The notes: generated from the sequence alone by a model not told the origin. 64,000 nucleotides of DNA from Patescibacteria group bacterium (GCA_018818965.1 JAHJQX010000029.1:2982-66981), one strand, 5' to 3'. Positions 30,464 through 39,930 are shown, numbered from the stretch's first letter. A program made the numbers and translations.

Positions 30464-31111
30464 TTAAATCTTTTCCAAATCAACCTCCTCATAACTATCA
30501 ACTACCACGGTTGCTCCTTTGAGATCTTGCCGCGGGTAAGTAGTAGTTAGAGCCACCGAGCGCATGCCAGCTCGCCGCGCCGCCTCGATCCCATTGGGTG
30601 CATCCTCAAACACAAGACATTCGCCTGGATCTATCTCTAATTTCTGCGCCGCGTGAAGAAATATATCAGGATGTGGTTTTGATCGGTCGCCAATTTCGTA
30701 AATACTATAAACATGGCCGCCAAACATTTTTTTTAGTCCCACTTGATTATCAACAATATCCAAATACTTTAGCTTGAGAGCAGTAGCCACGGCGGCTGGC
30801 AAATTATTGTTCTGGGAAATAAATTCCTTAAATCCAGTAATAAAATCAATTTTTTTAGCAAAAAAACCATCGATTATCTTTAGCCGCTCATTCAAAAGTT
30901 TCTGTTCGTCACCCTTGATACCAAAATGATCTTTCATGATCCGCACGCCATCGAGCAAACTAGTGCCGGTAATTTTTGTACCCAGATCCTGAGTAAATTT
31001 ATAGCCTTGCAATCGACAAAATTCTTTGTCCGCCGGGATCCAGACAGATCGCATGGTATCAATCACTACTCCTTCTAGATCAAATATTAAAGCTTTGATT
31101 GGTTTTGCCAT
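30464..31111 (-). CDS. HAD family hydrolase (beta-phosphoglucomutase-like)
   Basis: [10 protein letters not shown] motif I. Confidence 0.8.
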   Translation of the reverse strand: MAKPIKALIFDLEGVVIDTMRSVWIPADKEFCRLQGYKFTQDLGTKITGTSLLDGVRIMKDHFGIKGDEQKLLNERLKIIDGFFAKKIDFITGFKEFISQNNNLPAAVATALKLKYLDIVDNQVGLKKMFGGHVYSIYEIGDRSKPHPDIFLHAAQKLEIDPGECLVFEDAPNGIEAARRAGMRSVALTTTYPRQDLKGATVVVDSYEEVDLEKI

Positions 31112-31123
31112 CCCTTTTTATTA

Positions 31124-31786
31124 TCACTTTTTTCCATTCTCTATCCTGACCGCCTTCTCCTTAGTAAAATCTCCCACCCGTGTCCGTTCCAGATCGGCCA
31201 AATACCCACCCATACCAAGCTTGCCTCCAATATCTCGCGCCAACGAACGGATATAGACGCCCGGCCCAGTCACCACTCGTAGTTCTAAATATGGCCATTT
31301 ATAACTCAATATTTCAATCTCCTTAATCTCTACTTGGCGCAATTTCATTTTCACCTCTTCTCCCCGTCGCGCCCGCTTGTAAGCTTCCTGCCCCGCGATC
31401 TTAACAGCGCTATAGATCGGCGGCATTTGTTCAATCTTGCCGATAAATTTCTCTACTACTTTTTCTACCTCTGGTCGTAAAACCTCCTCCACCCCATGCA
31501 CTTCCTTCTCTCCTTCCTCATCATCCGTCGTGCTGGTCACACCTAGTCGCACTCTGGCAATATATTCCTTTTCCTTCGCCACCACGGCGGCAATCTGTTT
31601 GGTCGCCTCGCGCCCAATCGCCACCACTAAAACCCCACGCGCCAAAGGATCTAATGTCCCCGCATGACCTACTTTCCTGACACCTGTTGCTCGACGAACC
31701 ATATCGACAATGTCATGTGAAGTGGGGCCAGCTGGCTTATAGATGGCTACTAGGCCAGTGGTGGTATGATCAATCTTTTTTTTCAC
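31124..31786 (-). CDS. truB: tRNA pseudouridine(55) synthase, short form
   Basis: GHAGTLDPLARGVLVVAIG. Confidence 0.85.
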   Translation of the reverse strand: MKKKIDHTTTGLVAIYKPAGPTSHDIVDMVRRATGVRKVGHAGTLDPLARGVLVVAIGREATKQIAAVVAKEKEYIARVRLGVTSTTDDEEGEKEVHGVEEVLRPEVEKVVEKFIGKIEQMPPIYSAVKIAGQEAYKRARRGEEVKMKLRQVEIKEIEILSYKWPYLELRVVTGPGVYIRSLARDIGGKLGMGGYLADLERTRVGDFTKEKAVRIENGKK

Positions 31787-31849
31787 CCTCAGTAATGTTT
31801 ATCTTTATATCAAACACGCCCAATTTTTTGGCTCCTGATAGAGATTTTT

Positions 31850-32131
31850 TTATACCTTTCCCTCTAGCTTAGCTACCTTTTTGTATTTGCCCATCAAAAT
31901 GAGTTGGACCAAGCCAACAACGAAGGAAACACCGTTGGTAATCATAATCGGCCAACTATTTATAGAATGCGCGTAGATCACCCACAACATTGTGCTGGAC
32001 ACATAGGTTATAACCATTAGATAAGATATGTCAGTTACCCTTTTGGTCCGGTAAGTTTTTATCACTTGTGGGAACATATTGAACAAAGTCAAAGTCCCAG
32101 CTATATAGCCAACTATTTGTATCAAAAACAT
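31850..32131 (-). CDS. SemiSWEET (PQ-loop/MtN3) sugar transporter
   Basis: 93 aa, 3 TM, FPQVIKTYRTK PQ motif. Confidence 0.65.
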   Translation of the reverse strand: MFLIQIVGYIAGTLTLFNMFPQVIKTYRTKRVTDISYLMVITYVSSTMLWVIYAHSINSWPIMITNGVSFVVGLVQLILMGKYKKVAKLEGKV

Positions 32132-32158
32132 ACTCTTTAAAATAATTAATTACGAAAA

Positions 32159-32662
32159 CTATTTAACAACAGTATGCCTCACTAGTTCCAGCGGATAATC
32201 CTTACCGGCCAGATAATCTTTGACCTCTTGCTTAATATCCATATCTCTCAACTGATCAAACTCCATCGTATAAATTTCCTCGGGAGAAAACCAGCGCCTC
32301 TCAGAAATCTCCTCATCCAACCCCGGCTCCTCCAACTCACCAGAAAATTCGCCCCGAAAAATTAATTTTATGGCGTGGCTGCCTGGCTGGCCAACATACT
32401 CAGCAATATTGTCTTTATGCAGAGAGTACACTCCCAGCAACCCAGTCGCCTTAAACTCTAAACCAGTTTCCTCTTTTACTTCGCGTTCACAGGCAGCAAT
32501 CGGCTCCTCGCCCACCTCAACCCAACCCGCTGGCTGATTCCATTTGTTATGCGCTTCTGGATATTCAGGCATATTTTCTCGCACCAACAGAAACTTACCA
32601 TCTTTCTCAATAATCGCCCCCACTACCCCATAAGTTTGGGTAAATACTCTTTTATTCGCCAT
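32159..32662 (-). CDS. NUDIX hydrolase
   Basis: Nudix box GWVEVGEEPIAACEREVKEETGL. Confidence 0.8.
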   Translation of the reverse strand: MANKRVFTQTYGVVGAIIEKDGKFLLVRENMPEYPEAHNKWNQPAGWVEVGEEPIAACEREVKEETGLEFKATGLLGVYSLHKDNIAEYVGQPGSHAIKLIFRGEFSGELEEPGLDEEISERRWFSPEEIYTMEFDQLRDMDIKQEVKDYLAGKDYPLELVRHTVVK

Positions 32663-33365
32663 TTTTGATGTCTAAATATTTTTTTATTCTATTTTCCGAG
32701 ATCACTTTGTACTTACCTGGTCGTAATCCTTCCAAAGTCAAATCGCCAATTCGTCGTCGTACTAGTTTTTGCACTTTATATCCGCAAGCTTCACACATTT
32801 TACGCACCTGTTGATTTTTCCCCTCGATGATGGTCAGTGATATTTTACGATCTTCCAGCTTCTCAGCTTTAGCAGGTAAAGTGATATAGCCACCAATATC
32901 TACTCCTCCCTGTAGCTGTTTTATAAATTCCTCGTTTACTTCCTTATCCACCTTCACTAGATACTCCTTTTCCACTTTACTATCTCGTCGCGAGACTTTG
33001 TTAACCAGGTCACCATCATTGGTCATGATAATAAGTCCCGAAGTAGCTACATCAAGTCGTCCCACTGGATATACCCGCTCGGGATAATTGATATAATCAA
33101 CAATATTATTATCAGCCTTCTCATCCGTAGTACAAATAACGCCTACTGGTTTATAAAAAGCAAGGTATACTTTTTTTATGCCAGCCAACTTTACTATTTG
33201 ACCCTCGGCACGCACCTCGTCACCTTTTTCCACCTGTTGTCCCAAGCTGGCCACTTTGCCATTGATAAAAACCAGCTCCTGCTCGATCAAGCGATCAGCC
33301 TGCCGGCGTGAACAATAGCCCGCGGTGGTTAGATATTTATTTATTCTGATTGAGTGTTTGCTCAC
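32652..33365 (-). CDS. rRNA pseudouridine synthase (RsuA/RluB family) with S4 domain
   Basis: S4 N-terminus, GRLDVATSGL catalytic Asp motif. Confidence 0.85.
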   Translation of the reverse strand: MSKHSIRINKYLTTAGYCSRRQADRLIEQELVFINGKVASLGQQVEKGDEVRAEGQIVKLAGIKKVYLAFYKPVGVICTTDEKADNNIVDYINYPERVYPVGRLDVATSGLIIMTNDGDLVNKVSRRDSKVEKEYLVKVDKEVNEEFIKQLQGGVDIGGYITLPAKAEKLEDRKISLTIIEGKNQQVRKMCEACGYKVQKLVRRRIGDLTLEGLRPGKYKVISENRIKKYLDIKNGE

Positions 33366-33948
33366 GTAGATATTTTTTTAACTTGTTGAAAGCAATCCCG
33401 CGATGACTAATACGACATTTCTCGTCCGGTGACATTTGCGCGTAAGTTTGATCATACCCTTCTGGCTTAAATAAGCAATCGTATGGCAAGTGCGGACGAA
33501 TTGGTCCCCGTAGTTCCGTCATAATCTCGCCACGTAAGATTCCCTCAAACAAATGCTCACTACCATCAGGTGCGATCAAAGCCGCCACTGTGTTAAAAGA
33601 AGCTCCACGCTCACCTACCGGCACGTTTTCCATTTTGACTAAGGTGAATTCCGCTTTGGCACGGTCAGAGACATCATCCCCCGCCCAGCGCGCCGAATGA
33701 ATGCCTGGTTGACCATCTAGTGCATCAATACACATCCCACTATCATCAGCCATTACCCATTCACTAACTTGATCCGCCGCAAAGCGAGCTTTTTTGAGAG
33801 CATTGGCCGCAAAAGTGTCACCATCTTCGACAACATCCTCGGTAATACCAATATCATCCAGACTGACAATTTCAAGATCAAGCTCTGACATCAGCTGCGA
33901 GATTTCCTTGACCTTACTGGAATTGTGCGTAGCTAGGATTATTTTCAT
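33337..33948 (-). CDS. rdgB: non-canonical purine NTP pyrophosphatase (Ham1/RdgB)
   Basis: MKIILATHNSSKVKEI, Ham1 fold. Confidence 0.85.
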   Translation of the reverse strand: MKIILATHNSSKVKEISQLMSELDLEIVSLDDIGITEDVVEDGDTFAANALKKARFAADQVSEWVMADDSGMCIDALDGQPGIHSARWAGDDVSDRAKAEFTLVKMENVPVGERGASFNTVAALIAPDGSEHLFEGILRGEIMTELRGPIRPHLPYDCLFKPEGYDQTYAQMSPDEKCRISHRGIAFNKLKKYLREQTLNQNK

Positions 33949-33989
33949 TTATTTCAAAAAATATAAACTACACATCCCTTTAGTAAAAT

Positions 33990-34226
33990 CTATTTAATGT
34001 CTAAAAGCTTAGCCAATTTTTCTTTGTCAAAACCAACGACTACTTCATCATCAACCGTAATAACCGGCACACCCATCTGATTTGATTTCTCGGTCATTTC
34101 AGCACGAGCCTTTTCGTCAGCCGCTACGTCCTTTTCAATAAATTCTATTTTATTATCACTTAGATAGTCTTTAGCCATTGTACAATAAGGGCAAGTTGGG
34201 GTTGAATATACGGTCACTTTTTTCAT
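33990..34226 (-). CDS. glutaredoxin-like protein
   Basis: 78 aa, CPYC active site. Confidence 0.8.
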   Translation of the reverse strand: MKKVTVYSTPTCPYCTMAKDYLSDNKIEFIEKDVAADEKARAEMTEKSNQMGVPVITVDDEVVVGFDKEKLAKLLDIK

Positions 34227-34276
34227 AATTTTTATTATTAATTTTTTATATTAAAAAGATTATATTCAATTTAGAC

Positions 34277-34345
34277 GAGTAGTATGCCCGAGTACAAACC
34301 CAGGCATACTACTCTATAGCGAAAACGCTAATGGCAGACTGCCAT
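34277..34345 (-). promoter_or_regulatory. three contiguous hairpins downstream of the micropeptide ORF: 5-bp ATGGC/GCCAT, 5-bp TAGCG/CGCTA, and a 12-bp stem GAGTAGTATGCC/GGCATACTACTC
   Basis: Exact reverse-complement arms read from sequence. Not followed by a U-run. Confidence 0.5.
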
Positions 34346-34347
34346 GT

Positions 34348-34422
34348 TTAACCACAACATGAACCGCCGCCTAGGCCACAGCACGAACCACCACCATATG
34401 AACAACATGAACCTCCGATCAT
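34348..34422 (-). CDS. unannotated 24-aa Cys-rich micropeptide MIGGSCCSYGGGSCCGLGGGSCCG (three GGSCCG repeats), metallothionein-like or RiPP-precursor-like
   Basis: ATG 8 nt after a canonical SD (GGGAGGTGA), rare in this genome. 23 nt downstream of the ArsR gene stop on the same strand. Below the 60-aa ORF-track threshold. Confidence 0.4.
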   Translation of the reverse strand: MIGGSCCSYGGGSCCGLGGGSCCG

Positions 34423-34445
34423 ATATATCACCTCCCTTCAAATTT

Positions 34446-34775
34446 TTAATTATTTTTATGAACTTCACGTAATACTTTCATTAGACACTTCACTAATGGA
34501 TTGTCTTTTTTAATTTTGCAGCACATCATTTGTCCGCATCTCAGTTTGCGCAGTAGACCAGCCATTTCTAGAATACGCATTTGCTGAGAGACAGCGGAGA
34601 CTGTTACTTCAAATACGCGAGCGATATCGGTAGTACACAGCCCTTCGTGCTTAGCAAGTAATTTAAACATCTGGTATCGGCTAGGATCACTTAAGGCGGC
34701 AAAGACGGCTATGATTTTCTCTTCATGTTCGGTCAGCTCTTTTTTTAATTTCCCTATCTTTGACTTACAAAGCAT
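34446..34775 (-). CDS. ArsR/SmtB family metalloregulator with C-terminal Cys cluster
   Basis: wHTH SDPSRYQMFKLL...DIARVFEVTVSAVSQQMRILEMAGLL. C-terminal RCGQMMCC...C. Confidence 0.75.
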   Translation of the reverse strand: MLCKSKIGKLKKELTEHEEKIIAVFAALSDPSRYQMFKLLAKHEGLCTTDIARVFEVTVSAVSQQMRILEMAGLLRKLRCGQMMCCKIKKDNPLVKCLMKVLREVHKNN

Positions 34776-34887
34776 ATATGTAAGGTAGATTTATAGTTTA
34801 AGCTATTGCTTAACTACTTAAAGTATAATCCCCTGGCAAATGATTGTCAAGAGATTTAGGGAAATAGAAAACGGTGTTTTATTACTA

Positions 34888-37800
34888 TCAACTAAGACTA
34901 AAATAAGTCGCGGCGGGATGATAGACTACCAGGCCGCTAGTGCTTTGCTCGGGCACCAGCTGATAAGTTTCTGACAAGGAAATGCCGATTTCTTCTGGCT
35001 GTAAAAGTTGAAAAAGCTTCTGTTGATCGGCTAAGTTCGGACAAACGGAATAGCCAAAGCTATACCGTTGACCCTGATACTTATTTGGCGGCAGTATCAT
35101 TGGCTTTTTAGGTTCGCTGCCAGCGATGCCCAATTCAACCCTGATCCGCTTATGAATAAATTTAGCTAACGCCTCAGCCATTTTCACCGTAAAACCGTGC
35201 CAGAGGAGATAGTCAGTATACTCGTCTTTCTGAAAAATATCCTTGCTCTCCTCTGAAGCACGGGCACCGACCGTGACGATATAAAAACTGACGACATCGT
35301 ATTTGTCTTTTTGCCGCGGACGGAAATATTTGCTTAGACTGAGATGCGGCGGGCGGACTTGAGCGGGAAATTCAAACTCCACTATTTTTTTGGTCTGGTG
35401 ACGAGGGTCAAGAATAATAAGTTTATTGTTGTCACTGTAACAAGGATAAAATCCGTAGGCTACTTTTAAGTCTAAAAGCTTTTCTTTTTTTGTCTTCGCA
35501 ACAATCCTGGTTAAAGCTGGTTCGGCATGTAATTTAATTGCTTCGGTTACCTTTTTGGCTGACATGCCTGTTTGCTGAAACTGCCATTGCTGCTTGAACA
35601 ATAAATTCTTGTCTAAATATGGGAGGACTTTGGTCAAAGGAATGTCTTTTATTATCTTATGGCCCCAGAAGGGTGGCTGGGGGATCGGTTGGCGATAGGA
35701 AATTTTGTCAGTAGTCGATTTTGGCTGGCTGGACTTTTTACTGGCTGAATTAGCTTTACTGACAATCTTTTTAGCCGGACTAGATTCACTTTGCTTGGCA
35801 GCGGCGTGATCACCGATTATCTTCATGGCCGCAAAAGCATCCTGAGCATAATACACTTCTCCTTGATAAGCTTTGTTTAGTACTTTCTCAGTATAATCCG
35901 GCGTCAGAGCCGCTCCCCCACACAGCACCGGAATATTTATTTTATGCTTATTGAGCATCGTTAACAAATCCTTCATTATCACGGTCGACTTCACTAGTAA
36001 GCCACTTAGTCCGAGATAGTCTACTCTATGCTTTTTGATAGCAGCAATGATATCCTCGGCCGATTGGTCAACCCCAATATTGTGAATTTTATAGCCGTTA
36101 TTGCTAAAAATGATATCAACCAGATTCTTGCCGATGTCGTGAACATCTCCTTTTACCGTCGCCAGCGCCACACTGCATAAACTGTCCGAGTATGACTTAG
36201 GCATATGCGGCTCGAGTAGGCTGACAGCCGCTTTCATTGTTTCCGCTGAACGCAAAACGAACGGTAGCTGCAATTTTCCCGCCCCAAATAACTCGCCCAC
36301 CTCTTTGATACCATTGAGAAGATAATTATTAACAATCTCCAGCGGCTGATATTTTTTTAAGCTCTGCTCAAGTGTATCTTTAAGGCCCTTCTTCCGACCT
36401 TCGACAATATGTTTAATTAATTTTTCTTCAACTGGTATCTTGTCCCACTGCACCGCATTTTCCTCTTGGGGAACAGATTTCTCATAACGACTAATGATTT
36501 TCTCAAGTGGACTACAGCCAGGCCGTTTTTTATTATAAATAAGATCCTGAGCCAGAGTTACATCCTGACGCGATATTTTATTAAAGGGAACAATCTTGGC
36601 CGCGTGCAAGATGGCGGCGTCTAGGCCAGCCTGCAATGCTTCCTGGAGAAAAACAGAGTTGAGCATTTTACGCGCTCGTGGTTTAAGACCATAGGACACG
36701 TTACTAACTCCCAAGATAGTTTGCGACTGAGGGAATTTCTGCTTGATCGCTTTGATAGCTTCCAGGGTGGCCCGAGCGGCGTCTTGATACTTTTTATCTC
36801 CGGAAGCGAGAGTGAAAGTGAGCGGGTCAAAGAAAAGGTCTACTGGTTTGATGTCAAACTCCTTAGTAGCCAGATCATAGATTTTTTGCGCCACTGCAAT
36901 TTTACGCTCGGTTGTTAGAGCCATACCCTGCTCGTCGATAGTGAGGCAGATCAAAGCCGCACCAAAGTCCTGCGCCAACCGTAAAACTTTCTTAGCTCTA
37001 GTTCCTCCGTCCTCCAAATTTATCGAATTAATCAGCGGTCTACCCGCTAACTGCTTCAGGCCGTTAGTGAGGGCTTCGACATTAGTCGTATCGATAGACA
37101 AGGGAACTTTGAGAACGGTATTAAGTTTGCTAACAAACAAAGGGAGGTCTTTTGTCTCATCCCGACCAGCATATCCAACCGAGACATCAATCAGATGAGC
37201 ACCTTCTGCCTGTTGCTCCAGAGCAATATCGACCATACCATCAAGATCATTATCCAAAAGATGCTCGCGAAATTCCTTGCTCCCGGTGGCATTAGTCCGT
37301 TCGCCAACAATCAGCGGCTTGGGCTCCACATCCATTTCCTGGGTGCCATAAAGTGAGGAGAAACTGGGAATAAATTTATATTCTCTCCGCTTGGCTCGTT
37401 TACTCTTTACCGCTTCCACCACTGCTCGCAAATGCTGGGGGGTAGTACCACAACAACCGCCGATAATATTTACGCCATAATCCTTTACTAAACCAGTCAA
37501 TTCCTGCGCCAGAGCTTCGGGAGAAAGATCATAAACTTGGCTTTCACCAACTAGCTTAGGCAGCCCCGCGTTGGGCAAAACGCTAATATTGAAAGGAGAG
37601 TGACAAGCTAGTACAGCCACTTGCTCTTTCATAGCGGCGGGACCAGTCCCACAATTAATTCCCAAAGCAAACAGATTATACGGTTGAAAGGTGGTGATAA
37701 CGGCTAACATTTCAGTTCCAAGCAACATCTTTTTATTAGATTCTATGGTCACCTGGACAATCACGGGCAGAGCTTTATCCCGCTCTTGCTGAGCCTTGGC

Positions 37801-38322
37801 GACTCCCTGCCAAGCTGCCTTTATTTGTAACATGTCTTGGCAAGTTTCTATCTGTAGTAGATCAACTCCTCCATCCAGGAGGCCTAGCGTCTGCTCGTAA
37901 TACACATCTAGCAACCTATCAAATCCAACTTGACCCAGAGATGGTAATTTAGTCCCAGGGCCAATCGAACCGGCCACATAACGTTTCTGGCTAGCCGTTG
38001 AGAAATCTTTGGTCACAGACTTAGCCAAGCCAGCAGCTGCTTTATTAATCTCATACACTTTATCCTCCAAGCCATAATCTGCCAAAACCACACCATTAGC
38101 GCCAAAAGTATTAGTTTCAATAACATCACAACCAACTGCCAAAAAGCTAGCGTGGATCTTTTTGATCACTGTCGGTTGAGAAATTACCAGATATTCATTG
38201 CAGCCCTCATGTCCACCAAAATCAGCCGCGGCCAAATTAAATCCCTGAATACTGGTACCCATGGCGCCATCGAAAACGATGACCTTTTCTTGGATTAAAT
38301 TTTTAATATCCGGCTGGTTCAT
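34888..38322 (-). CDS. metH: cobalamin-dependent methionine synthase
   Basis: 1144 aa with Hcy-binding, pterin-binding, B12-binding (DVHDIGKN) and AdoMet activation domains. Confidence 0.9.
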   Translation of the reverse strand: MNQPDIKNLIQEKVIVFDGAMGTSIQGFNLAAADFGGHEGCNEYLVISQPTVIKKIHASFLAVGCDVIETNTFGANGVVLADYGLEDKVYEINKAAAGLAKSVTKDFSTASQKRYVAGSIGPGTKLPSLGQVGFDRLLDVYYEQTLGLLDGGVDLLQIETCQDMLQIKAAWQGVAKAQQERDKALPVIVQVTIESNKKMLLGTEMLAVITTFQPYNLFALGINCGTGPAAMKEQVAVLACHSPFNISVLPNAGLPKLVGESQVYDLSPEALAQELTGLVKDYGVNIIGGCCGTTPQHLRAVVEAVKSKRAKRREYKFIPSFSSLYGTQEMDVEPKPLIVGERTNATGSKEFREHLLDNDLDGMVDIALEQQAEGAHLIDVSVGYAGRDETKDLPLFVSKLNTVLKVPLSIDTTNVEALTNGLKQLAGRPLINSINLEDGGTRAKKVLRLAQDFGAALICLTIDEQGMALTTERKIAVAQKIYDLATKEFDIKPVDLFFDPLTFTLASGDKKYQDAARATLEAIKAIKQKFPQSQTILGVSNVSYGLKPRARKMLNSVFLQEALQAGLDAAILHAAKIVPFNKISRQDVTLAQDLIYNKKRPGCSPLEKIISRYEKSVPQEENAVQWDKIPVEEKLIKHIVEGRKKGLKDTLEQSLKKYQPLEIVNNYLLNGIKEVGELFGAGKLQLPFVLRSAETMKAAVSLLEPHMPKSYSDSLCSVALATVKGDVHDIGKNLVDIIFSNNGYKIHNIGVDQSAEDIIAAIKKHRVDYLGLSGLLVKSTVIMKDLLTMLNKHKINIPVLCGGAALTPDYTEKVLNKAYQGEVYYAQDAFAAMKIIGDHAAAKQSESSPAKKIVSKANSASKKSSQPKSTTDKISYRQPIPQPPFWGHKIIKDIPLTKVLPYLDKNLLFKQQWQFQQTGMSAKKVTEAIKLHAEPALTRIVAKTKKEKLLDLKVAYGFYPCYSDNNKLIILDPRHQTKKIVEFEFPAQVRPPHLSLSKYFRPRQKDKYDVVSFYIVTVGARASEESKDIFQKDEYTDYLLWHGFTVKMAEALAKFIHKRIRVELGIAGSEPKKPMILPPNKYQGQRYSFGYSVCPNLADQQKLFQLLQPEEIGISLSETYQLVPEQSTSGLVVYHPAATYFSLS

Positions 38323-38350
38323 TTTTGCACGTCAAATTTGGTAAAGTAAG

Positions 38351-39292
38351 CTAGCGGGGCTTACCAAAAACAGCTTCCATTAAAGCATAAGTTTCCTCGG
38401 CTTCTCCCATGGTAAAAAAGTGAATTCCCGACACCCCATAATCTAAGAGTCTAGCAACACCCTCGGCCATATATTTAATACCAGCTTGAAATTCTGCTTG
38501 AGAAGTCCGGGCTGCTTCGAATGCTTTGACTAATTTTTCTGGGGCACCCAAGAAAAACGCTCGCGGAATAGTTTTTAGAACCTTGAGTGACACAACTGGC
38601 TTAATTCCGGGGATAATTGGTATTGAAATGCCCATTTCTTTCGCTAGAGCCATAAAATTGAGGCACTGATCAAAATCAAAAAACATTTGAGTGATGATAT
38701 AATCAACCCCTTTAGCTACTTTGCGCTTTAAGTAAAGCATATCCCTAGTTAAATTCAACGCCTCATAATGCTTTTCCGGATAACCAGCGGCACCAATACA
38801 AAGGCCAGCAGGAAAAGTAGCTAATTTTTCATTTTCGTTGATAATTTCCTCGATTAATCCACCAGCGCACTTAAAACCGTCTTTTTCTTTAATAAACTTA
38901 CGCATGCCAGGCGGATTATCCCCCCTAACCACAAAAATATTTTCCAAATTATATTTCTTGAGGCTACCCAGGATTTTTTTGATTTGGTGTCGGGTTGTCC
39001 CGCCACAAATTAGATGTGGCACCGGCTCAACGTTAAAGTGATTTTTTAAATCGGCACAAAGCTCAAAGGTGTTCATTTTGTTGCCCAGTGTCATTTTGTT
39101 CATTTGACCTTTGACTTCGGTATAAATGACGTGTAGTTGATGATTGGTTACATTGATAAATTGGGGGTTAAAATCCATTAACTTTTCTACCGACCGAATT
39201 ATCTTGTCACTTTTATTCCCCTTTTCTGGAGGTATCACCTCAAGTGATATCAGCGGTTGTTTACTTTTTTGTAAGACGTCGGTAAATTTCAT
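38351..39292 (-). CDS. metF: methylenetetrahydrofolate reductase
   Basis: 313 aa MTHFR TIM barrel, adjacent to metH. Confidence 0.85.
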   Translation of the reverse strand: MKFTDVLQKSKQPLISLEVIPPEKGNKSDKIIRSVEKLMDFNPQFINVTNHQLHVIYTEVKGQMNKMTLGNKMNTFELCADLKNHFNVEPVPHLICGGTTRHQIKKILGSLKKYNLENIFVVRGDNPPGMRKFIKEKDGFKCAGGLIEEIINENEKLATFPAGLCIGAAGYPEKHYEALNLTRDMLYLKRKVAKGVDYIITQMFFDFDQCLNFMALAKEMGISIPIIPGIKPVVSLKVLKTIPRAFFLGAPEKLVKAFEAARTSQAEFQAGIKYMAEGVARLLDYGVSGIHFFTMGEAEETYALMEAVFGKPR

Positions 39293-39384
39293 ATTTTTTT
39301 ATTTATAGTTAAAACAAAAAACTCCTTACCCTAATAAATTCGGATAAGAAGCTTTTTGTCTTCTTGTTTGCTCGCCTGATAGCG

Positions 39385-39490
39385 ACAAACCATATCTTCC
39401 CTATTGGGGTAGAATTTACCACCCAGCTTTACCCGGGTTGGTAGACAGTCGTAGGGTCTAATCCCTCGTGTCGTTCTTGATATTTATTCA
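39385..39490 (-). ncRNA. candidate SAM-I (S-box) riboswitch in the metF-metH leader
   Basis: Reverse strand reads AUAUC-AAGAACG...GAGGGAUUAGACCC...CCAACC...GGUGGUAAAUUC...AAGAUAUGG. Compare the SAM-I consensus GGAGGGA...GGCCC...GCAACC...GGUGCUAAUUCC...AGAUGAG. P1 pairing AUAUC/GAUAU, followed by AAGAAG/CTTCTT hairpin plus U-rich tract. Confidence 0.45.
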
Positions 39491-39677
39491 CTTCTCAAAG
39501 TACTGAAGCTAGTTTAGTTCATATTTAAATTAGGATCAAGCCAATTTCGCCTCGGTTGACAAATGATTTTTTTACTTTAAACTCCATCATAATCATTTGC
39601 CCTCAATCCTATTGTGAAAACCATTGATAATCACTATTATAGTAATAATGTCGATAGCGACGAGGTTTAATTTATGA

Positions 39678-39749
39678 GCCCTCGTAGTTCAATGGATAGA
39701 ACACCAGCCTTCTAAGCTGGTTATGGGGGTTCGATTCCCTCCGAGGGCA
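39678..39749 (+). tRNA. tRNA-Arg(TCT)
   Basis: Cloverleaf: acceptor GCCCTCG/CGAGGGC, anticodon loop CUUCUAA. Confidence 0.85.
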
Positions 39750-39762
39750 GTTTTTACAACAT

Positions 39763-39835
39763 GCGTCCATAGCTCAGTTGGTAGAGCAGTTGCCTCTTAA
39801 GCAAACGGTCGAAGGTTCAAATCCTTCTGGACGCA
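39763..39835 (+). tRNA. tRNA-Lys(CTT)
   Basis: Acceptor GCGTCCA/TGGACGC, anticodon loop CUCUUAA (one G-A mismatch at 27-43). Confidence 0.8.
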
Positions 39836-39883
39836 TTTTACACTATTTAAGACAAACAGGTCGGACTAATTACCAGGGGTTCT

Positions 39884-39930
39884 CACCCTACGGGTGACCA
39901 CCCGTTAGGGTGGAAATCCTTCTGGACGCA
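39884..39930 (+). repeat. palindromic element CACCCTACGGGTG-AC-CACCCGTTAGGGTG followed by a 17-nt exact duplicate of the tRNA-Lys 3' end (AAATCCTTCTGGACGCA)
   Basis: Read directly. Near-identical element at 60282-60327 downstream of tRNA-Arg(GCG). Confidence 0.75.

Noticed and set aside
34277-34345. Cys-responsive ribosome-mediated attenuator interpretation of the micropeptide plus hairpins
   Set aside because: The hairpins are not followed by a U-run. I found no obvious mutually exclusive alternative pairing. The downstream gene is glutaredoxin rather than a Cys biosynthesis gene. The idea is kept only as an alternative in the finding.
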